From assembly GCA_019828565.1 (NCBI GenBank), contig JAHDYR010000053.1:408214-472213 (forward strand): a stretch of DNA of 64,000 nt. The letters run 5' to 3'. Positions 32,001 through 42,150 of the stretch are shown one piece after another; position 1 is the first letter of the stretch; the number at the start of each line of letters is the position of its first letter. Origin of the DNA: Carpediemonas membranifera BICM (taxonomy: Eukaryota > Protista > Fornicata). The notes beneath the pieces are model-generated. The model searched no databases and was not told the DNA's origin. It worked only from the letters and a program-made list of their open reading frames with translations. The position numbers were made by a program, and so were the translations under genes.

Positions 32001-35000
32001 CTAGTTCTTGAGCCCCAGGGCGGATAGACCCTTGTTGGCTTCCACCACGTCCGCCCGAACAACCCGAAGCATCCGCACTACGGCAGAACGATCGTCGTCA
32101 AGGCGCTTGGTCCACTTGCTCGCTGCCACACCAGTAAGGATGATCAGGCATATCTCAAGCACGGATAGACCAGCCATGGCGATCACGTTGAGATTTCGCG
32201 TATCTGCTAAATCGTCAATGACCGCTGCAAAGGCTAGCCTGACTGCTGTGTCAATATCTGCGGCGAGCACGCCGCAACGATGGACCAGATCGTCGGCAGA
32301 ATCGCCCAGGCCGAGACTGTGGTCGTGGTTGACTCGAAGCAGAGTCAAGTCGCGATAAATTGAGTCAACCAAGCCAACCAGGCCAGCCTGAAGAGGCGCA
32401 CCGAGCCAGCCGTCGCGGCATTGCGAGTCATCGCCCAGGACGCAGCCAGGGTCGAGGAATACATCGCGTGTGGCGGCGAGACCCTCGACCGTCACGGGCC
32501 TGATGTCTCGTGGGTCGATGGAAAGCCACGGAAAGAGGGAAGGCTGGTCGTAGAGGTCAAGGAACGACGGGGGGTGCGATAGTATACCGCTCACTACAGC
32601 CAGCCCGTCGATGGCGCTATCGAGCTCAGCCCAGACGTCATCGAGGGTTGGGGACGAGGAGGGGAGCAGCGCCTCGTTCAACTCGTACGCAGAGATCGAC
32701 TGGAGCACCGACACACCGCGGAGGAGGCCCGTGGAGAGTGAGTCGACGTCGTCTACGAACGTGAGCAGACTAACAGTCGAGATCATCCTTGACGCGAGAA
32801 ACATGGCCTGACAAATGACGACAAGGATCAGTGCGGCGTTTGCACCGAGCGTCATGACTCTGGGTAGACTGCCAACCCCGCCACTTATAAATCTGGGGCG
32901 GACGCCAGTGCGGTAGGGCTGGTCTCGGTCAGACCAAGGCATGTACTGCATCTTGGGCGATTGGCCGCGGGGTGTGGCGACGCGTACAGGGTTTCTGAGC
33001 GGGGTGGGCTGCTCGATGAGGGAGGCGAAGGCCCGGGAGAAGGACTTTTGGTTCATTCGTTGCGAGACAAAGAGGCTGGGAGTTGTCAACGTCACCACAG
33101 CGACGAACAGCGCGCACTTGCCTAGGAAAACGAAGGTGATGCCCGCCATGACGGTGTATATGACGACCGTGACATAACCTGCTTCTTGAAGACTACGGAC
33201 GCCGTACGCGAGGGCTGAGACAGTCATGGAGTACTCCTCCAGCTCGCAGACATCGGCGGGGACGTCAGCCATCGCAGTTTGATTTGTCACGGCTGAGTCA
33301 AGTCGACTGTCATAAACTGCGGAAACGTTGACTCGACTCGAGTCAGAGTCAGCCGAGTCGGTGAGGGCGACGAGGAGGTTGAGGGCCTCCATGGAGTCCA
33401 TAGACTCCATGGCAGCAGGACTGAAAGCGCCACATCCTGTGGGTAGTGTCGCCTCCATAGTACCAGGGTCCAACGCGCTTATCACATCGACAACGCGATA
33501 CAAAGGGAGGGAGTCGAGCGGGCTATACCAGATGCTGGCGGAAGTGTCGTCGCTAAGGGCCTTGGCCAAGAATCCAGAGGTTGCAAAGTAGCGCTTGGCG
33601 AAGAAGAGGAGCTGGGCGCGCTTAGCGGTGGTAGCTGCGAGGGAGATGGGCTCCCACGGGGCAGATTCGTACACCTCGACTGGCCCGAACGGGTTATGCA
33701 AGTCGACTGTGACTGACCCTAAAGTGCGGCTTTCATGAGCACTATACTGCGGCCAACGAGCCGTCTCCGCGGCCGTAGCCAGAGTCTGGAGCGACAGTGC
33801 AGTCGACCTCACGGACACGAGCCACACGACCGCAAAGAATGCGACGCCGAGCGAGCATGATAAGAGTGGGATTGTGAGCAAGTTTGATCCAAGCATGAGG
33901 CCCGTAGTGCCCCGTACAACACGCTTAGTCGCCCTCGTCTTGCCCTGGGACTTGGTAGCCACCGCGGGAGCAAGTATGGCTTCAATCTTGTCGCCGTTTT
34001 TCTTCACATCCCCTGATCCAACCCGCGCTCCAATGAGACTCAGCGCCTTGCTGTGCACTGAGGCGTCGAGGTGGGTCGTGGCGAACCTGGTGAGATCCGC
34101 CCGCACCTCCTCGCCCTGGTCAAGACGGTAGAGCTGGGCCAGACACCGGCATTCCCTCTGTTCCAAGTGTAACGCGTGTCGGGCGATACTGAGCAGGTGG
34201 TCGAGCGCCACGTCATAAATCGGCCCATCCGCCTGTGACGCCTGGTCAACGTTTGACCAGAACCGCGACTGTTCGCTGGCATACATCCTATTCGCCCCCT
34301 CAGCGAGTGTTCTCAGCTTGTTCAGCTTGATCTCACCCAGTATGCTTGTGTTCGTCTGCGACCGGTCCTTCTGTAGTCGGTGTGTCAGATATCGCAGATC
34401 ATACGGTACCTTAAGGCTCTTCAAATGGTCGAGAAGTGCCTGGGGGAACTCCCCATGGACCGCGTTGTACGCCATAAGGGCGAACAACGAGGCTTGGGGC
34501 ACGAGGGGTAGCATCGTCGTCAGACCGCTGACAATGCCGTCAATCACGGCCGCGTCGTGCACCTTTGTCTCCTCCGTGGTGTGCTTGATAATGCCGCGGA
34601 TGACAATGTTGATTGTAGCGGTGGATTTGGAGAATACTGGTCGAAGGGCTGTGAAAACATCTGCTCTGGTTGGATTCGAAGGCAGGTTCTTGAGATCAGA
34701 ACGGAATACAGTCGACCTACGGTGCTGGACAAAGCAGGATACTACGCAGAAAGGCACTGGGAGTATGATAATGAGATAGTCGGCCTTGAACCATTGGGGG
34801 AAGTCGATGACCATGGAGCAGAGTGCCGCGGCTGAAGCTCCGAATACCGTGGTGAGCAAGCATAGTCTAGTGTAGAGGATGATAGACCTGTAATACGGTG
34901 TGTAGTAAATGAGAGAGATCACCATGGTGAGGGAGGAAGCGAAGATGGCGACTGAGCACTTGGTCGGGTCATCCTTGAAGAACGTAAACACGATAATCGC

Positions 35001-35639
35001 CAGGGCCTTGCACAAGAGCTGGTAGAGGTCGAACCTGCATGAGCAGCGTGCCATGGGGGCCTTGCTGTGGATGTACGGGTCGAACAGCCCGACCGCACAC
35101 ATGACTCCGAGGACTGAGAAGGCCACTGTGACTGCCGCGGTGGTCGGGTAGAGTATAAAGCGCGCGGGTGAGGATCCTAGTGGCTCTACTGCGGCCAGCG
35201 GTGCGGGGTCGGTGATGGGCGTGAAGGTTGTGAGAAGAACGGTGGAAATTGGGAGAAAAAGGATGGTTACGCCCAAAGCGACACCCAGGCGGGCAGTTTG
35301 GATGGGTAAGAGGGATTCAAATCGCTGCTCTTGGATATCTATAGTCACGATGATCACAATGCCTATGATTAGGACGATTGCGACGAGGCAGAGTACAAGA
35401 ATGACCGCGAAGAGCCAAAATGGGAGGGATTTGACTGGTACAGAGAACAGAGAGACCATCATCGCCAGATATTCTGCCATGGACGTGCTCCAGTTGAATT
35501 TGGACGATAACGCGAGCGCCAAGAGCTGGAAGAAGTCGACAAACATCGCAGCTTGCATGACTAGCTTGTGTAGCGAGTTATCTTTGAACGCAACATATAG
35601 AAAATCGAAGAACCGCTTTTCAAGAGCGGCGAACTTCAT
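32001..35639 (-). CDS. Large polytopic membrane protein (resembles TmcB/TmcC-type multi-TM proteins)
   Basis: N-terminal cluster of about 9 TM helices with DFFQLL and YYTPYY, then further TM pairs. First ATG is at 35639 (the ORF track starts at a GTG, 35747). Confidence 0.7.
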   Translation of the reverse strand: MKFAALEKRFFDFLYVAFKDNSLHKLVMQAAMFVDFFQLLALALSSKFNWSTSMAEYLAMMVSLFSVPVKSLPFWLFAVILVLCLVAIVLIIGIVIIVTIDIQEQRFESLLPIQTARLGVALGVTILFLPISTVLLTTFTPITDPAPLAAVEPLGSSPARFILYPTTAAVTVAFSVLGVMCAVGLFDPYIHSKAPMARCSCRFDLYQLLCKALAIIVFTFFKDDPTKCSVAIFASSLTMVISLIYYTPYYRSIILYTRLCLLTTVFGASAAALCSMVIDFPQWFKADYLIIILPVPFCVVSCFVQHRRSTVFRSDLKNLPSNPTRADVFTALRPVFSKSTATINIVIRGIIKHTTEETKVHDAAVIDGIVSGLTTMLPLVPQASLFALMAYNAVHGEFPQALLDHLKSLKVPYDLRYLTHRLQKDRSQTNTSILGEIKLNKLRTLAEGANRMYASEQSRFWSNVDQASQADGPIYDVALDHLLSIARHALHLEQRECRCLAQLYRLDQGEEVRADLTRFATTHLDASVHSKALSLIGARVGSGDVKKNGDKIEAILAPAVATKSQGKTRATKRVVRGTTGLMLGSNLLTIPLLSCSLGVAFFAVVWLVSVRSTALSLQTLATAAETARWPQYSAHESRTLGSVTVDLHNPFGPVEVYESAPWEPISLAATTAKRAQLLFFAKRYFATSGFLAKALSDDTSASIWYSPLDSLPLYRVVDVISALDPGTMEATLPTGCGAFSPAAMESMDSMEALNLLVALTDSADSDSSRVNVSAVYDSRLDSAVTNQTAMADVPADVCELEEYSMTVSALAYGVRSLQEAGYVTVVIYTVMAGITFVFLGKCALFVAVVTLTTPSLFVSQRMNQKSFSRAFASLIEQPTPLRNPVRVATPRGQSPKMQYMPWSDRDQPYRTGVRPRFISGGVGSLPRVMTLGANAALILVVICQAMFLASRMISTVSLLTFVDDVDSLSTGLLRGVSVLQSISAYELNEALLPSSSPTLDDVWAELDSAIDGLAVVSGILSHPPSFLDLYDQPSLFPWLSIDPRDIRPVTVEGLAATRDVFLDPGCVLGDDSQCRDGWLGAPLQAGLVGLVDSIYRDLTLLRVNHDHSLGLGDSADDLVHRCGVLAADIDTAVRLAFAAVIDDLADTRNLNVIAMAGLSVLEICLIILTGVAASKWTKRLDDDRSAVVRMLRVVRADVVEANKGLSALGLKN

Positions 35640-35716
35640 CGAAGCGTCGCTGATGCTAAAACTGCGAAACGTCTGATTGAAGTCTGGAACAACAAGTGGG
35701 AACTCGGATACTTTAC

Positions 35717-35747
35717 TGCTTGCACTGTGCACTCTATGATACTTCAC
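35717..35747 (+). repeat. 31-nt exact copy of the sequence immediately 3' of the Fanzor omega-RNA scaffold (18477-18507)
   Basis: TGCTTGCACTGTGCACTCTATGATACTTCAC is identical at both sites and the flanks differ. Confidence 0.95.
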
Positions 35748-35956
35748 TGATTAGGTCCGAAAAATAATATGTGAGATATCGGAATAAGAAAGCCTCCATA
35801 GCTTCTCACACCGGCCCAGCTAAGCCAATAACTTCATCTTGCGGGTCAATTAAGCAAATTCGACAGCATCCCCGATGGAAACGGCAAGAACTGCCAGTAG
35901 TTTAATGCCATTTGCAAGCAACAATGCGATCCCCGTGTCCAACTACCTCCTAACCC

Positions 35957-36699
35957 TCACACCCCCAGGCCTGCGGGTGGCTCCGTCGGCGGGGCGGGGA
36001 GTGGTGGAGCCTTCCGTCTCAATCCTCTGTTAATAACCCTGCCCGTCTCAGCAGACCTAGCCTGACGCAGCGGGTACATCATTTCCTCCGCCTTTTCCTG
36101 CGAGAACTTGTGGCAGGCGACAAGGTGTCTTTTCAGGAATCCGAAGTCGCCTGTGGAGGTGGGACACCCATCGATGGGACAGGCAGTCTTTCTTGCGTGA
36201 ATTGTCTTGCGGTGGAGGCCTAAGTCCTTGTAGTACTTGCCGCAGATCTCGCAGAAGTACTTGGCGCGGACCTCTGGTGGCTGTTTCGATAGCTCGTCCG
36301 GATGGTGGCATGCATAGTGGGCTAGAAGGTTCTGGAACGGTCTCCCGCAGGCGTCGCACCAGTACTTGGCATACTGATCTTTCGAGCAGAGGTTGTAGTG
36401 CCTGTCGATGATGTGCTTGGTCACGTGGCCTTTGCTGATGGTAAGGTAGTCGCAGTGTGGGCAAACGAGCTGGGGATGCGCCGCCTTCGCTGTATAAGAT
36501 GGTAGTAAAGGTAGTACTAACCGTGTGCGATCATCATCTCTTCTGTTTGGAAGCCCTGACCACAGCACTGGTCTTTGCAGGCCACAAGACCGTGCTCTGA
36601 TTCAATGTGTGCATGAAGCTTACCCATGGAACTAAATCTCTCACAACACTTGTCTCCAAGCTCGTTTGAGCATTTGCACAAGTATCTGGGGCGCGACAT
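35957..36699 (-). CDS. Multi-C2H2 zinc-finger protein, 2 exons (intron 36521-36490)
   Basis: About six CxxC...H...H fingers. A 32-nt GTTAGT...TACAG intron joins MIAH to AKAAHP in frame. Confidence 0.8.
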
Positions 36700-36702
36700 C
36701 GT

Positions 36703-37370
36703 TGTTGCGCAGTATAAACACATTGTTCGAACCTCCCAGACAGGGCCTGAAAGGAACGATCAAAGTGCCAAACTGCACAACATCATCCGTCCGTAGACGA
36801 ATGTTAGGTTCGGTTAGCCAATTGATGATACTGGAATGATGTTGGAAGGCGCGTGATCGATGTGCGACTGAACGGAGAGCCACTGAGCTCATCTTCCGTG
36901 GCAAGAGAACGCCACAGGATGTTCTCTGCAGCACTCTTGTCCCGATGATCAACATTCAGAGCATCAGGAACTGTTGCGCGCCACTGAGCACCACGGCACT
37001 GTCGATTTTCGCAGAGCATCACACGATGTGGGTGAACGTGCTGGTCATCACGCGGACGAACTCGCTTGTAGGGGCGTGGCAGTGAGGGCAGACGACGGTG
37101 GTGCGGTCCTCGTTAACCATGTTAAGATCGACGACAATGTTATACCCCTTGAGAAGGGGTACTATCTCTCTCGCAGAGCAGTCCTTTGTGGAAGTCGGCG
37201 TCATGTAGGGGGAGTTGCCGGCGCTGCGCATTGCATTCAACCGCGAGCCGGGCCACGAAGAAGACGCTTTGTGGAAGCCCTGGAGAAGACGATCTCCCTA
37301 CCGACTTAAGACGTGAGTAGGAGGGAGACAGGGCAGTGTTGCGCTGTATAAACACATTGTTTGACCCTTC
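36703..37370. repeat. Imperfect 34-bp direct repeat (36703-36736 and 37337-37370) bracketing the Fanzor remnant
   Basis: TGTTGCGCwGTATAAACACATTGTTyGAmCCTyC, 4 mismatches. Confidence 0.8.
36758..37320 (-). pseudogene. Degenerate Fanzor remnant (C-terminal RuvC-II/Zn/RuvC-III) with omega-RNA-like 3' end
   Basis: Frameshifted pieces VNEDRTTVVCPHC / MLCENRQCRGAQW / HRDKSAAENIL align to TNEFRTSLVCPFC / MRCHNPNCQGAPW / HRDKTAAHNIV. Confidence 0.8.
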
Positions 37371-37620
37371 AATAGCACAATCGTGGAGACCCAAAAGTGC
37401 GAAATGTGGAGACAGATCCTGCATGCAGCGTCAAGCAGCAGTCAAGTCGACTGACAGACAGCCCTACCACACCAAACAACCCCGATCAGATCCAACAAGG
37501 CCGCCCCGACCTCTCTTTACAACCACTTGTCAAGACCATCCGAGACCTCTACAACCACCATCTGACACCGACCGAACAACAGACACTCTCCATCCTACTC
37601 AAAAGCCCGGTATGTACAGT

Positions 37621-38964
37621 TTACTGGCGCTTCCTGGCCACTCCGTACGTGGCCGGAGACGGGATGGGGATTTCAGTGTTGACGATAGGGGAAACCGACT
37701 CGCACGCCTTCTTCACAACGGCCTCTCTGCGGGGAATGGCGCGGGCAACGAGGCCCACGAGGAGAATGAGGTGGCCTACCTGGAGCAGGGCCGCAGAGAA
37801 CGGCGAAGGCGGGTATCCCAAATACGCCGCCTCAATGCATACAATGGCGATGAATCTCGCAGCATTAGGCAGCCTGGCAAACCACAAGAGGATTGGCAGC
37901 GAGTGGAAGTACCAGGTGAGGAACTGGAGATGGATCGACCGAGAAGCGAACACGCCAATGAAGTTGCACACGAGGAGGGTCGACACGACGTACTGGGGAG
38001 TAAGATCAATCTTTGCGGAGAAGAGCTGAACGATGCGGATGATGCCTCGGACTCCGCCGATCCAGCGGTAGATCATGACCGTGAGGAGCAGGCCATGGAC
38101 GCCGAGCAGTGCCTGCGAAAACAACGGGGCTTGGAAGACGGGCTCGGGAAGGAAGCGCCAGTTGACAGTCTCGGAGTACCCGAACTGGCGGTCAAACTCG
38201 AAGGCCTTGCGGACATACGAGAGTGGGTACTTCAGGATGAAGGGGGTGGCGAGTATGACCTGGATGGCAAGGCAGATGCCGACGTTGAGGAAGCAACGGG
38301 CGGAGCCGCGAGACTGCCACATCAACAGGCCGACTGCAGGGGCGAATAGAAGCACGTTCATCTTCACAGAGGTTCCGAGGGAGAGGAACACGCAGCCAAG
38401 GGTCCACTTGTTGTACGAGAAGAGGGCGATTGCGACCCAGGCCAGAGTCATCGCCCAGCAGTCGTTGAACAGCTCCACAGCGAAGATCGAGTGGACGCGG
38501 CGGGACATGGCAAGGATGAGGACCACCCACGGCGGGGTGAGGCGTACGCGGTTGGCTACGAAGAGGACGAGGATAGTGAGGGTGGTCTCGAGGCCGCCAA
38601 AGATGAGGCGGGCGGCCATGATGTTGGTGCCGCCACTGGTGAGGTAAAAGAGGCCTGAGAAGAGGTAGACGAAGCCGGCGGGGTAGACGAGAGGTCCTGA
38701 GTGTCCCTTGAGGTTGAGGTAGTCTCGCTCACCATTCAGGAAGCCTTGCATCTGCTCCATGTACGCGCGCCAATCAACTTCGATGTACTTGAACACAAAG
38801 ATGTGGATCGCAGTTAGGCATATGTCCAGAACGATGGTGAGTGCCGCGAAATAGTAAAAGTGGCGCCAGTCGTTCATCCAGAGGGAAAGGCGCTGCATCG
38901 AACGGATAGCTGGTGCCTTCACATCGTGTAACACTGGAGATCGTCCACGAACGAGCTTCAGCAT
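37621..38964 (-). CDS. ALG3: Dol-P-Man:Man5GlcNAc2-PP-Dol alpha-1,3-mannosyltransferase
   Basis: YIEVDWRAYMEQ, GPLVYPAGFVY, RVHSIF..LFND, SVKMNVLL, VNWRFLP, SRSIHLQFLTWY. Confidence 0.95.
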   Translation of the reverse strand: MLKLVRGRSPVLHDVKAPAIRSMQRLSLWMNDWRHFYYFAALTIVLDICLTAIHIFVFKYIEVDWRAYMEQMQGFLNGERDYLNLKGHSGPLVYPAGFVYLFSGLFYLTSGGTNIMAARLIFGGLETTLTILVLFVANRVRLTPPWVVLILAMSRRVHSIFAVELFNDCWAMTLAWVAIALFSYNKWTLGCVFLSLGTSVKMNVLLFAPAVGLLMWQSRGSARCFLNVGICLAIQVILATPFILKYPLSYVRKAFEFDRQFGYSETVNWRFLPEPVFQAPLFSQALLGVHGLLLTVMIYRWIGGVRGIIRIVQLFSAKIDLTPQYVVSTLLVCNFIGVFASRSIHLQFLTWYFHSLPILLWFARLPNAARFIAIVCIEAAYLGYPPSPFSAALLQVGHLILLVGLVARAIPRREAVVKKACESVSPIVNTEIPIPSPATYGVARKRQ

Positions 38965-39246
38965 CCCTCGAGTCTTTGGTGTTGTGCTGTAGAGGTGACA
39001 AGAACCGATTTACGGCGTTTACGTTTGACAACGTATATGTTGGTTACAGTAAATGTTACAGTAGGCATGTCACGAATGGATTCTGCTCAGATCTGGCCTC
39101 ATATGCTCGTCTCTAGGTCAGGATTGGGTGGCAAAACCACCCAATACCAATGCCAGCATCGCGGGCTGGGAAATGCGCGAAAGCAAGCTCCCAGCCGCGC
39201 CATAAGGAACATCCAACCCACTCTATCCGCCACCCAAGCACTGCGC

Positions 39247-39798
39247 TCACTCTCCACGGAGCCTGGCCTTGGCGTACTCGACCAGGTCCTCAATACTGGA
39301 GTCCACGGGTGATGGGACGGGGGACGGGGACGGGGATGGCATTGGTGGTGGTGATGGTGCGGTGCGGAGGGTCTCTATCTCTTCTGGAGTGAGGCCGAGC
39401 TCGGCAAAAACTGTTTGGGATTGGATGACGTTGCTAATGAGGGGAAAGAGGAAGTTTGTGAGACTCTTGTTCCCTAAATATGCATTGGATGCGAATATTG
39501 GATTCAGAAGTGTGTATGCGCGCTGCGGAGTTATCCTCTTTTCGGCAATTGCGTCGCTGATGATGGGTTGAAGCTGCTCGGAAATCTCCTGGACGAAGCT
39601 TGAAACGACACTGAGTGCAGGTGGATATGGTTCTTCGTCGAGAGAGTTGTGGGACATTCTATCCAACTCTTGTCTGTATCTCCCGCGAACGTTTGCGCGC
39701 GGAAGTGGGCTAAACTGCGCACATGTAACACAGGTAAATGACCCTAAATACAGGTCCATCAGGTACGAAACAACCAGTCTTAGTACAATATCGTTCAT
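39247..39798 (-). CDS. Hypothetical protein
   Basis: 183-aa ORF filling the intergenic space between two genes. 5' structure uncertain (possible introns). Confidence 0.4.
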   Translation of the reverse strand: MNDIVLRLVVSYLMDLYLGSFTCVTCAQFSPLPRANVRGRYRQELDRMSHNSLDEEPYPPALSVVSSFVQEISEQLQPIISDAIAEKRITPQRAYTLLNPIFASNAYLGNKSLTNFLFPLISNVIQSQTVFAELGLTPEEIETLRTAPSPPPMPSPSPSPVPSPVDSSIEDLVEYAKARLRGE

Positions 39799-39902
39799 TC
39801 AGACGCTGCCGACTCGAACATCCACTCAATCACGGCGGCCATTCGCCTGCACTCCAGTGCCCATGGTACAATGCTTTACTAAAAATGGCATGCAACGCAG
39901 TC

Positions 39903-41993
39903 CTACGCCCGACTCCTCCTGGGTTCCCGCTGATCCTTGTAGAGCTTGAGAAGCTTCGTCGGGTACGCTTTTCTCGCCGCCAGGAGCAGCTTGATGATGC
40001 CCTCCCTGCCTCCTTCAAGCACGTCCTCCGCGGTGACGGCGGGGTCCTTAAACCGCGGGTTATCTTCCAAAACACTGAGCGCCAGACGAATGTTCCGAAG
40101 CCCCTCAGCTCGCCGCTTGGGAGCTCTGCTGACATTCGGGATATCAGCCATCTGCAGCGCCTCCACAAGTTGGACCAGAATCAGCCCGTCCGCCATTTCC
40201 GGAATAGTCTCAGATTCGAGGAAGAACTGGTTTTCCGGCACGCGAACGCCCAGACGCGCCATCCACTCCGCGAGGATGAACCCCTCAGTGGGCACGACAA
40301 CCTCGCCGTCAGCATTGAGGGTGTGCCGCTCAGGGTCCTCTGACCCAGTGCCCAGGCCGCCCGCGGTGACACCGTTAGTGATTGCCAGCTGCGACCTGGG
40401 GATTCTAGCCGAGCTTTCCTCCGCGTTGATCACTGGTGGTCCGATAAAGTCGAGGGTTGGGTCAGAAGTCGACATAAATGGGATTGGGTCGGCCACGTCA
40501 CCGCAGAACGGCTCTACCGGCTGCGGCACGTCTAGTCTCATCTCCGTCGGCTCAACGGTCGGCCCAGTCGACGAGAGGGCGGGTAGGTTGGCCATGACAG
40601 AGTCGAGGGCCGAATAGATGTCGGGGGCGTCCCTCCCTGCCATAGTCGACTCAGAGGCGGTCGAGTCGTCGATCATAAATCCGCTGGCCGAGATCCAGGC
40701 GGAGTTTGTACCTGCGACAGAGGAGGCGGCCACAGCGTTGGCTCTGGTCTGGTTGCCGAGTGGGAGGGGTTGGGGCGACTGCACAGCGGGCACCGGCTGG
40801 GGCTGGGGCGGGGCGGCTGGGTAGAGCGTGTCGTCGTCGAATGGGACGTAGGGGTGTTGCTTCCGAGCGGGTTCGTTCGACAAGTGGGGCGGCTTCTTGT
40901 CTACTACGCGGTGGAGGTCCTCGAGCAGGCATGCTATTGTCACACGGTCGCCGTGGAGGATGGATTCAACGTCCGTGTGCTGCACACAGCGCTGAGACAT
41001 GTTGTGCGTTTCCTTGAGCTTTTTCACGGCCTCAGCGATGTTGTGACGTTTCATCGCTTCCGTCTTCGGTTCAAACTGCCTAGTAAGCTTCACACGCAGC
41101 GCTGCTTCGACAATATGGCAGAGCAACACGCCCGTCCTGACTCCGTCGACGATTGGATCAATAGTTGTAGGCAGCGAGCCCCCTTCTTGCAGCGCCTCGT
41201 GTGGCAGCACGCCCAGTGTGAACAGCCAGTGGATGAGGGACCTCTGGAGCCTGTCCACCTCGTCGTCAGGGTATGGCCAGCGTTCGTCCTCATGCGGGAC
41301 GGGCGGGGGTGGTTTTTCGATGGTGAATGGTTCGTACGTGCTTCGGCCGTCTGTGGAAATGCCCTTCTTCTGCATGGCTTGCTCTGATTTCTTCTTTCGA
41401 TTGGTGAGGAGGTCGATGCGGTCGGTAAAGGGGCGGAAGGAGGCCGTCACGACCTTCACGTCGGCTACGATCTCGAGGAAGACTGTAACGTCGCCGTGGA
41501 TGAGGTCTTCGAGATCATACAGATGTCTTGTGTCCATCTCCGCAAAGCGGTGGTCCTCACGGAGATACTGGAGGCACTTGGACCAATTCTGACGGAAGGC
41601 GGCGGGAGAAGTGGCCTTTGTGTTGGTTCCGCGGATTCTATCGTCGTTGCACAGCGTGGTGATGAAGGTGACGAACGGTATGCCGGTCTGGATCTCGCTA
41701 GAGAGCTCTTTGATGTCCTTGGACATAAAAATGCCAAAGATCTCTAGCCACTCGAGAAGATCTCTTGAGACAAGATCGAGAGTGCTCTTGGCTTGCCGCT
41801 TGCGCTTCGAGGGTTCTTTTGTCTCAGTTGTGAAGACGAAATCCTTGGCAGTCTGTGTGTTGTCCAACGGCTTCGTCTTATCTGGCGTTGAAACCGATGA
41901 CAATACAAAATAGGGTGGTGTGGTCTTCGGCGTTCTCACGAAACGCAGTGCAGTAGCGTGCATCCCACGAATTCGACGCGGCATAAACTGCAC
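39903..41993 (-). CDS. Multi calponin-homology (CH) domain protein
   Basis: Three CH-like repeats: TGIPFVTFI..RQNWSKCL, TGVLLCHIVE..HNIAEAV, DGLILVQLVE..RNIRLAL. Start uncertain. Confidence 0.7.
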   Translation of the reverse strand: MQFMPRRIRGMHATALRFVRTPKTTPPYFVLSSVSTPDKTKPLDNTQTAKDFVFTTETKEPSKRKRQAKSTLDLVSRDLLEWLEIFGIFMSKDIKELSSEIQTGIPFVTFITTLCNDDRIRGTNTKATSPAAFRQNWSKCLQYLREDHRFAEMDTRHLYDLEDLIHGDVTVFLEIVADVKVVTASFRPFTDRIDLLTNRKKKSEQAMQKKGISTDGRSTYEPFTIEKPPPPVPHEDERWPYPDDEVDRLQRSLIHWLFTLGVLPHEALQEGGSLPTTIDPIVDGVRTGVLLCHIVEAALRVKLTRQFEPKTEAMKRHNIAEAVKKLKETHNMSQRCVQHTDVESILHGDRVTIACLLEDLHRVVDKKPPHLSNEPARKQHPYVPFDDDTLYPAAPPQPQPVPAVQSPQPLPLGNQTRANAVAASSVAGTNSAWISASGFMIDDSTASESTMAGRDAPDIYSALDSVMANLPALSSTGPTVEPTEMRLDVPQPVEPFCGDVADPIPFMSTSDPTLDFIGPPVINAEESSARIPRSQLAITNGVTAGGLGTGSEDPERHTLNADGEVVVPTEGFILAEWMARLGVRVPENQFFLESETIPEMADGLILVQLVEALQMADIPNVSRAPKRRAEGLRNIRLALSVLEDNPRFKDPAVTAEDVLEGGREGIIKLLLAARKAYPTKLLKLYKDQREPRRSRA

Positions 41994-42150
41994 AGTGCTC
42001 AGAGACGTTAGCCCAGCAAGCAGGCTGTGGCATCTCCCCTCGAAGCGCCTGGCACGAGGAATTGGGCCTCATTCTGATTTTGGAGCACCTGAAATTTCTG
42101 AAGATTTGAATTTCCTGGTGGACCTTGGAAGGCTGAATCGCTCGTTCTGA

